Source of the DNA: Nemertoderma westbladi
Lineage: Eukaryota > Animalia > Xenacoelomorpha
Direction: 5' to 3'
Assembly: GCA_032718475.1 (NCBI GenBank)
Contig: JAUCBJ010009083.1
Location: 1 to 64,000 of the forward strand
DNA: 64,000 nucleotides
Of this stretch, positions 58,301 through 64,000 are shown in pieces. A program made the translations under genes and the position numbers. The notes below the pieces were generated by a model that was not told the origin of the DNA, did not search any database, and saw only the letters and a list, made by a program, of their open reading frames with translations. The stretch's first letter is position 1; each line of letters opens with the position of its first letter.

Positions 58301-59495
58301 TATTTAAAACAGATAGATGTTTCTCATAGTAATCGATACGGGTTTTATTATAAGATATATCGCCTGATTGTAACTTCTCTAGATAGAGTGCAGTGTAGGT
58401 TCGGCACATTTCCCGATGTCGTTTCATGTTGTTCCACGACCACATTTGATGATGTCGATGAACAGTTTCCTCCAATATAGAATTATATGCATACTTCCAC
58501 CATCTAGATGCATTGTGAGATACTGGTACAGGGGGACGCCATTTACGATATTTAGAATTGCGCACCATCCTTTCAAGGGATTGTAGGAAGTCCATAAAAT
58601 TTTGATATTGACAATGACTTAGGGAAACAGAAACATCACAGATATTGAGAGAAATCTGCAGTGTCGGTATTTCCAAGTTATTGGATGGCTTCAAATTAAT
58701 TGTTAATTTGAGATCGAATGTCATAGGATGGAGTACATAGTTTGACTTGTCAGCAGCACGAGCTCCTCCATTTGCAGTATAACTTCGCAAATCCTCTAAT
58801 ATTCTACGAGTATTAGTAGTTTTACTGAAATGAACTGTGGTCGAATTCCAGTAGCAATACAGTCCCTCAAGGCAGATTGATTTGTAAACAACATCTAAAA
58901 CTCTTGGAGAATTTTCGTTTCCTATTACTCCATCACTATCTTGAGTTTGAAAACTTAACTGATGCAGAACAATACCGAAACTAAATGGAATTCGGGAACT
59001 AAATGTGTCTTCATATCGAATATGGATATTTCTAACTTGTACATAGAGATTCTTTGTAATGTGCACCATAAGCTTCTCAGCAAATGTATCTCCACTATCC
59101 TTCCCTTCATTGGACTCACGCCGTGCATTTTTTGCAGCTTCGATTTTTAGTAATTCTGATTGTTTTAATTCATTTTGATAAGCCTCTTCCTTCTCTTTAT
59201 TGTATTCAATTGCTGTAGGGGAAACTAAAATATACAGGCCATCCAACTCAGCAATTATCGGCTCCTTGAAGATTTTTAAACTAACCGGGATTTTGAGTGT
59301 AAGACTATCAAGATGACCAGTAGTAACTCTAATTGGCAAATGTAAGTCATCCAATGCAGAAGCCTTCACATTTAGGTCCTTTAAAACCAAGCTCCCACCC
59401 CAAAATCCAAAGCCAACATTTTCAGAATTGACATTTTCAAGAAATTTTGAAAGATATTTGTTCAGGATATCAGTTATTAAAGATTCAAATACCAT
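49311..59495 (-). CDS. VPS13: VPS13A/C-like bridge-like lipid transfer protein, intronless, copy 2 (3394 aa)
   Basis: Colinear end to end with copy 1, with the same chorein-N, VAB, WWE-like, ATG2_C and PH-region motifs. Uninterrupted 10185-nt frame. Confidence 0.96.
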   Translation of the reverse strand: MVFESLITDILNKYLSKFLENVNSENVGFGFWGGSLVLKDLNVKASALDDLHLPIRVTTGHLDSLTLKIPVSLKIFKEPIIAELDGLYILVSPTAIEYNKEKEEAYQNELKQSELLKIEAAKNARRESNEGKDSGDTFAEKLMVHITKNLYVQVRNIHIRYEDTFSSRIPFSFGIVLHQLSFQTQDSDGVIGNENSPRVLDVVYKSICLEGLYCYWNSTTVHFSKTTNTRRILEDLRSYTANGGARAADKSNYVLHPMTFDLKLTINLKPSNNLEIPTLQISLNICDVSVSLSHCQYQNFMDFLQSLERMVRNSKYRKWRPPVPVSHNASRWWKYAYNSILEETVHRHHQMWSWNNMKRHREMCRTYTALYLEKLQSGDISYNKTRIDYYEKHLSVLNITVCRKEAEIKYEYEQSSKGGVFSWFFGTSSSKSSIKQSSTMDLSEKKQMYQAIGYTEGETVEDLGFPKSYIGYKLDFELRTIVFRLIDDRHGDSTVSQAVISKQTCSLSYRPSAQAIAATFSVESVIVTGLKIQNKIPLIMSKSSTDNTNDRNTLITGMIETNPLDGSCSQKVHLYTQSVEVIYDAATVNKIIEIFTPESSLHLEQLQVESWAALQDLQDSSKSGVMNMLQHAKVTDIVIDINPSILIVPENGIYDDGIGSYMVVDMGRLTIVSDVARRQQIQSKWKALSVKPHVAKIEDLVDKLYDKFNAKLNAVQIFLAKKGDNWQSIRLKEHTYSHLLHRTDFNVDIFQAIDDVGRLPPLKIVSKFPCISFNVSDKTLEEMVSIATSIPLPKCAPIPDDGMVLSTFNSPKAGSSCINDVYRTSSNHSVFYSIKETESDTHVPGEYPYPSYDDVDAIPRAIQSLAPGKTFSEGPLRATSAVAIDQQKVTLKCEFTIDTLNIKISRYEDDETFTTPIDLEVRNIGLDYTSHDWDSIIDSSIGGIILKNNETGHGSDEVILIDSGFYRNRKTLLNMHYILADRRCPYFQSCYENIEQNIKLTISQIDIHFHQEALLNILEFYAKLITKMDAADTTDNADAIDETTLLAPLLVDTGDVTKGILDKLEATRRRKADIVALKVEARLDWLYIVFSIDEYEISLFTLRDLSAAMELHGQKMSLKSTLSDLRIYDRSFQATYPQLLSIIGHELFTFHLNIYTPVPQLKGRPPVVDDNFVDMEVYLRTSCLRFVYIHKWVMAMITFLDKFTTAKENIISVYVDATDIAASGMQTAYEQNSRVIIDVTVVAPELLIPKNSSSLHCLVANLGKIVAKNEIKSFPVTVISGKQKSKAVVLIDSMDIALSDVKITRAIVNKSLQIQHEVLLLRPIECSLHVNRNLSCSWFNKKPDIEVNEFKLDTVTIDIGQDDMRLILSISYENLNERPIFTSGDNVSFASFKSSVDVKYVKQQTRQRRKSKKNSKEYRTLQREVVTADPTVTSENIPTSSSTLLSFMMKSVVIRTHEEEINIQEHGMSSDSVAMQKDFELEKLSSPLIKKQRTLSLHELICTMKPGLQMEKLEQIHKYLSKSTKYQSWNLIEKEIGSNTVVRNFHEIVDRLLWAEAGDKSKSFEQCIMLVESSVVRMSPAVLRDSSKAFANLQLGEIAIRVDIKKSSASEISVSFEDINLYDYRRDPKNPTRLFHRSSKGNNSNLVVDAKINTMATGDCDINVVINELYICFCIDFIMKLYQLYSLPLIEMEEALKKEKRRHTDVPVSVPKQAPTISKRQVHFDPIEEKPVDHKGNTKIVFVLKQPELVLIADYYNTNSYALTLTSDYYGQCVVTSDKVHVQGMVSDLSIQYGPYSSEDNETRKEELMDPTSINFVYNQILPDGEAHADVNFTSGIILNIDSRIIMTLSEIQWSFYKGLGFVLQDPSPSELKDMWIEKQITRNTYWFTKTFVNSSSLDFPNDNSETDLNKKIKHISKKIKENMLIKFNTIVIRLEAFAGTTRVPMIVLYSEVFGELTNWSSDMRFRFEVIAHCNIYNEHMCEWEPFIETIEERRTRRDMLVEILYEVCSDLDIDEEGSEQVAFKKPEAVLNIRSGDTMELTLSNTGIHVLGWLLAEFQEAYEGKTKKFIVDNTANRAPFTIVNYLGSPVILITSHLLKFRHNLQVSQATLPLGGSVMLDLEGAKSSRLNTTVANFNHEQYTVSVRIPGYHDVVDIPIGKSSTLYYTTKSENSSETRGLVVEVQASRAMKTVILKSSLQIRNHFPTGFTIFMNTDIRENVKHVGDVEPNATFCVPFDVSGIDSALYFKPHPILGKDSYDLSITPITTDFSRVHGESILCTCPSNNGQEAGLTANLSYKVEVVSSVNGESSMIPFRTIHINPVVVLINCMPYHIHYNVSGSKKESLMPLIPGQKVPLYTAILGMSKLTLHCEDHTGTTFKGVILLSSKTKKLSTEKFSGDFIVGIETIHIGGYIEISVYCPYWIVNKTGLTLEYKISSDNKIISHEPSNRGIVMMSYSAKQLSDEKKLLLRVNGANCSWSSKFSMDAVGSNGAIECKETKGTTLYNIGLEIRMSGFRLSKLLIFSPYFLLLNNCKTPISVSEYLPSSNELQWFTMKPSECSPYWPMGKRAKDLKMTVKALGSKSRTIPFSISNQDYICLKDVNPNIGGIVVNVQVSDCATTVSFSDYTNGAAVVLLVNSSSVTLYYTQSGVASKQAELLPQKGILYTWDDPCSKRELECELLKKKIKTDLLSDGVGTLELDDQYSVYWVSFLDGQQRVLMFTNDLVQVTHARHANELDRVQMEYSVQLQGIGISLVNHNHMVDISYLSITSSREVWECKKDGRRWKPLTIKQSEIIEHGYQKFLLSTGTARAEKLGEGIIVNFDKMVMGSANIRRSFQCGIWLQYRQAIYSQQLHFKLNRLQIDNQLNDPIFPVVLYPWPLPKSVTNTAIPKPFVEMSLVLRLSEYSNFMEIKYFSALIQEIALKLDQVFIKNLIGLFVPDEEDELKDYVNAFANDMNYIQGSLMDSSAIQAAKDDVKNFYDYIHLSPIKLHLSLSLQSSSDQSVSPSHNPINLAMDTFLQTVGVTIMDVQDVVFKLNAFQREHKLYSQETLQSEVVTHYWSQGIKQVYVLILGLDVLGNPFGLIRGIGQGVTDLFYEPYQGLVQGPNEFAEGLALGFRSLFGHAVGGFAGVCSRITGTLGKGVAALSFDDDFRKKRRKHLSDKPTDMKGGVKQGAKSLGKGLLEGLTGVVSQPIQGARKDGFKGLMMGAGKGVAGLVTRPAAGVFDMASSTFEGIKQAADTADTVKRVRPPRILYQGETIKPYSLEEAAGNCILKDVDGGKFATRTYLCHLMLTPDSRHFLLATDSCVLCARKSDMLGNWESAWVYEYRDLIGPPSVRSEGIQFLLKPPTKTESKFWNVGNKSQGKIVPMPLREAEAIKGKIERAMRKLAKVSQ

Positions 59496-59760
59496 AATTA
59501 TTCAGATATTCCGGTTACCTGGTTACCTTTATTCATTCAGCCATTCAGCCCTTGAAACTAAGTAGGCTATCAATTAGCATGTTGTACAGGTACCAGCAGA
59601 CCGGTACATGAAGTTCAATACCTATATAAATACTGATAAATGCAATATTTACCGGTATGCCTAGCCTAATTTCTGAATTTAACATAGGCCTGGACTCTAA
59701 TGTCTAATGTAACCCCGCCTACGTCCACCCGTACTCAGGTACTGTAATCACTGAATCAGG

Positions 59761-60170
59761 GGGAATAAGTGAAAACGTACCATGGTTAAAACGTACCCGA
59801 ATACTCGGTAGGCCTACGTTTTAACAATGATGCATTGGGTACGTTTTGGTAGTACAAAAATAAATTGCAAAAATAAACTGTAACCTGTGCTATTGCAGTA
59901 TTGACTCTCGTTTATTATTTTGGATAGGCCTAGATTAATTCGTCACTGTAACCTGTTCCTTTCCACTTAAATCTCCGGTACTAACGATATTCTGATATTG
60001 ATTGGCTGTAGGAAGTTTTGTTGGGATGACTATAATGTCTTGTGTGTCCCTAACTGCCTAAGTTAAAACGTACCGGTACCGGTACCCAAAATATGGGTAC
60101 GTTATTGATCGGGTTGTAATACTGTATTACAGTATTAAGTATTAACCGAGGTGCGTTTTGACATGTCACC
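59761..60170. mobile_element. 410-bp MITE with an 8-bp TSD and AAAACGTACC subterminal repeats
   Basis: GAATCAGG at 59753-60 and 60171-78. Imperfect 21-bp TIR GGGAATAAGTGAAAACGTACC / GGTGCGTTTTGACATGTCACC. Confidence 0.8.
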
Positions 60171-60737
60171 GAATCAGGCTGTAAGGTACCGGTAATATTC
60201 AATCGAAATTGAAGTTAAAGTTTTTTATTAACATTGTACAAGCCATATAAAATATAAGACATAAAACATAACATAATACACTAATAACTCTGTAACTGGC
60301 ATAAGTTGGAATCGTTAAGTTCTCGACAAACCGCTTTCAGGGAAGAGTTCATGTCATTAGAAATGTCATTAGACTTATTCATTTATTATCAGTATTTTTT
60401 CTTATTTTATTAAATTTAAATAGGCCCCTAGATTAATTTTAAATAAAAACTTCTTCATTCATATTTTACTATACCGGGAAGATAGACCCCAAGTTTCACC
60501 TTACGATGATAAATAAGTTGGAATCGACTATAATATTTTAATTTAATAAAAAATAGTGCATAGTTCATAAATAAAATATAGATTATCTTGTAGACATACA
60601 ATGTTAGTCATGGAGCATGAGGATAAACCTCGTTTCCATGGAGGTCCCTTTAAAAAGCACATCATTAAACTGAGCGCAGCGTGTAACAGTCGGGGAGAAG
60701 TTCTAATTTAAACCGGTCAACTGAGTAATTTTATTTT

Positions 60738-61200
60738 TTAAAATTCAACTTTTTATTAAAATTCAACTTTTGGAGTAAAGTTTTAAATTCAACTTTTGGA
60801 GTAGAGTTTTAAAATTCAACTTTTTTAAATTTCATCTTTTGGAGTAGCTTTGGAAATACTGAAAGGCAGTGATTTTTTATGTCCTTTTATTCGGTCCGAC
60901 GAATCTGTACAAAAAACTACAAAAAAGTACAAAATAGTACAATATAGTACAAAAGAGTACAAAAGAGTACAATAAAGTGCAAAAATAGTACAAAAGAGTG
61001 CAAAAATAGCCCGTATGCTAAGTGACTTTTTTGTGCGCCGAACGCGACGCGGCGCAGAAAAAAATGTGCGCCTGTGCAGTCGAAAACAGTGCAAAATCCG
61101 CGTGCGCAGCAGAAAAACTGCGCGAGATTGGCGCGCGCAGCAGAAATTCTGCGCGAGATTGGCGCGCACAGCAGAAATACTGCGCGAAATCTCCTACCAC
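60738..61200. repeat. cluster of short tandem repeats (AAAATTCAACTTTTGGAGTA; 10-bp GTACAAAA(A/T/G)A; about 31-bp GCAGAAA..CTGCGCGAGATTGGCGCGC)
   Basis: Directly visible; probably the interior of a non-autonomous element. Confidence 0.8.
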
Positions 61201-61333
61201 GTACCTGCCTGCCTACTGCTGTACTGGCCTAAAGCACACCAAGCAGCCAAGTAGGAGGCTTATTATTTCAGTATTTCTTACAGTCTTATCTGTATTGTCA
61301 TTACCCTGTTACCGGTAGTCGGCAGACTGCCAG

Positions 61334-61552
61334 GGGTAGGTCTACTTACCGGTACTGACTTAGTGCTGTAGTGCAAGTCTGAGCCGTGCTATAAATTTTC
61401 TGCGCCTGTCGCGCCGCGCAGCGCGCAGGCGCAGAAAATTTAGAGCGCAGCGCGACAGGCGCAGGCGCAGAAAATTGATAGCACCAGAGCACGGCTCAGA
61501 CTTGCACTACAGCACTAAGTCAGTACCGGTAAGTCTGTAAGTAGACCTACCC
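61334..61552. repeat. GC-rich inverted repeat of about 220 bp
   Basis: CTTACCGGTACTGACTTAGTGCTGTAGTGCAAGTCTGAGCCGTGCT is mirrored exactly by AGCACGGCTCAGACTTGCACTACAGCACTAAGTCAGTACCGGTAAG. Confidence 0.9.
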
Positions 61553-61563
61553 GCTACGGTTCC

Positions 61564-62838
61564 GCGTCGTTGGGTCCTTTGGTCGTTAGGTCCTGCGTCG
61601 TTAGGTCCTGCCCAGGTTGGAATTTATGTAGAGTTTGCTCAACATGTGTGGCGCGCATTTAGGATCCTGGCGCGAAGGAACAGGGGCGTGTGGCGCGCAT
61701 TTAGGATCCTGGCGTGAAGGAACAGGGGCGTGTGGCGCGCATTGAGGATCCTGGCGCGGAAATGGATGTGATGTACACTAGCACTACCACTAGTACAGTA
61801 GCAAAATGCATTGGCATGGCAACGCATATCCAGCCACTCAACTTCATATTATATCGGTCTACCAGTAGAGTCTTATTTTAAAAAGAGTTAGGCCTAGGCC
61901 TTAAAATTTTTCGCTCGCTTCGCTCGCGTTTGTGTGTTGTACCTGCCTATGCGCTCTACTCTTATTCATCATTCTAATAACTAAACTAGGCTTACAATAG
62001 AATCGGGATATTTCATTACATACAGTGATATTTTATTACAGTATTTGTTTATTAACCTATAGACAGATAGAAGTAGTTCCGTGCCTTGAACTGTTTTGCA
62101 CTCCCACATTATGGACAAACCGAAAGATTGAGCATTGAAGGTACCGTATCCAATCCACGTTAATCATCATGGCCAATCAGCCCAAAGTTTTAATGTCTTT
62201 CAAAATATGAGTTGTTTGAAAGGTTTTTCAATTGTTCACACCAATATAGCCTAAAACCACGATTCAGCAGATTTTCCGTGCTCGCTACACTCCGATGTAA
62301 TTCATAATCACATCTGTAGGTAAAAAATAGTCGGTTGACCCAAAAATGTTAAAATTTTCTTGCTCGCTACGCTCGCGAATTAATCACATCTGTATTTAAA
62401 AACCTTCGGTTGACCTACTATCTGAATTCTGAATATTACAGTATTACTTTACGCCTATTCATGTTTACCTGTTTACTTTTCTGCAAAATTTTCTTGCTCG
62501 CTGGGCTCGCATTTTCATGTTAAAATACTGTAGGAGTGGTACTGCAGTATAAACTGATAAATGATTACAATAATAGCAAAATTTAATGGTCAATCTTTCA
62601 ATGGTTGGCGCACATTGAATGTCATGGCTGGCGCGCTTTTCGTTTAACCAGAATCCGTGTGGCGCGCTTTTTGTCAATATTCCATATAGGGGTCCTGCGT
62701 CGTTAGGTCCTGAGGCATTAGGTCCTGCGACCTTAGGTCCTGCGTCATTACTGCATTAGGTCCTGTTGTGTCATATCGTGCGACGTTAGGTCCTGTGGAG
62801 CGTCGTTAGGTCCTGCCTGCCTGCGTCGTTAGGTCCTG
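61564..62838. repeat. 15-bp CGTCGTTAGGTCCTG tandem tract, split in two by an insert of about 1.07 kb carrying TGGCGCGC and GCTCGCT(T/A)CGCTCGC repeats
   Basis: Same-orientation units at 61564-61611 and 62691-62838. 41-bp tandem units at 61646-61760. Confidence 0.7.
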
Positions 62839-63465
62839 TATTCCACTACTGTACAGTGAACAGGCTGACAGCAGGACAGGTACCGGTGTCCGTTAGGCCA
62901 CTGTATACTGGTATACAAGGTAGGCCTATATGGCAATATCGTAGGTACCGGTAGTAGAAAGGGAGGGTCGGTATAAACGGTAGGTTGGCCTACTGCCGTT
63001 GCGAGGCAGTGTGCTGGGGTGGTAGACTACTTAACCGTGAACTTGAAAGAACTAGGCCTACTTAACTGAGTTATTTTTGTATACCGGTACCATTCAAAAT
63101 CGTTCTAATTTTTACTTTAATCATTTATTCATTCTTTATAGTGTTGTGTTTGTGTTATCATATGTTAATGTTGTTGAACATTTGTGAAAATATGTGTTAG
63201 TAATGTTGAAGATAAAAGTAGTGCGGCTATTTGAATCAAGTTTTGAGTGGGCGTTTATTTGGGAGCGGGAGGGAGGGGGAACTTTTTTCTATTTATGTGA
63301 ACTATTTTTGTAGGTCGTATGAGCAGTGCTCATGGGAACTGTGCTAGTCAATTGGTTTAGGAGAATGGTTTAGGGACGCAGTACTCGTCACCATAGAACA
63401 TTACAAGCCTCGTTGCGCTCGACCTGTTTTAGTCGAAAATATTTCTCATAACGTTAACTTTATAA

Positions 63466-63570
63466 CTAGGGTTCGATCGGTGCACCGGCACCGGCACCGG
63501 TATTGCCGGTGTTTGGCACCACCGGCACCGGCACCTGCACCGGCAAAAACATTGCCGGTGCCGGTGTTTT
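63466..63570 (+). mobile_element. possible hAT-like element end with GCACCG/CGGTGC subterminal repeats
   Basis: TAGGGTTCGATCGG followed by (GCACCG)n and inverted copies. No partner end was found in the window. Confidence 0.35.
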
Positions 63571-64000
63571 TTAAAATGATTGGCTGCTGTTAAAATTGAA
63601 GCCTACTGCAGTACCGGTACTGCAGACAGCCTGGCTAAGCTATCAGTCAGCTACAAGGCTATAGCTGTTTGACTGTCTGTCTACTGGTCTAGCAGTCTAG
63701 TTACTTGACTAGTGGTCGGGTAGCCCAGAATCATAACGCCTTACTTAGTGTAAACAGTGTACTTAGCGCCTTACTTATTTCTGTATTTTATGTAATACCC
63801 GTATATAAATACTGTAGGCCTAGGCCTACTGTAACTGTACACATATAATTTTAATGCAATCGTTTTATTTAAACTTTTATATTCATTTTATTGTAAAGCT
63901 AAACCATTTTATATAAATGCGTGACATCATAATTTTACAGTATTGTACAGTTGTAGAATTGTACGTACTTGTTGCTCTGCTGCTGTACCCGTGTGCTGGG

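Noticed and set aside
27308-59150. Many short + strand ORFs, and short - strand ORFs in other frames, overlapping the VPS13 genes
   Set aside because: They are antisense or alternate-frame shadows. Their recurrence in both copies simply follows the paralogy.
37684-63570. Autonomous transposase or reverse-transcriptase genes for the many elements
   Set aside because: No ORF of adequate length or with DDE/RT motifs was found; all the elements seen are non-autonomous.

Overview
AT-rich animal nuclear DNA, not prokaryotic. It is probably a marine invertebrate, but the taxon cannot be determined from sequence alone. There is one 100-N scaffold gap at 8760-8859. Three protein-coding units are supported. 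One is a 3.4 kb + strand ORF, probably a large terminal exon, encoding an RS/RGG-rich protein with the two C-terminal motifs of the THRAP3/BCLAF1 family. The other two are tandem - strand, full-length, intact and completely intronless VPS13A/C-like genes of about 10 kb each, 12.4 kb apart. Both VPS13 copies carry an apparent extra helical insert that resembles a death effector domain by eye, and they differ by an indel at the loop where the FFAT motif is expected. A 13.4 kb satellite (38-bp dimeric unit with higher-order repeats) lies between the first gene and the VPS13 pair; it contains two near-identical copies of a unique-sequence plus 42-bp-minisatellite cassette. Intergenic DNA is packed with non-autonomous DNA transposons, several nested with readable target-site duplications (TSDs), including a foldback family rich in the HSE-like palindrome GTTCTAGAAC upstream of one VPS13 copy. 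All protein family calls are by-eye motif recognition; no searches were run.
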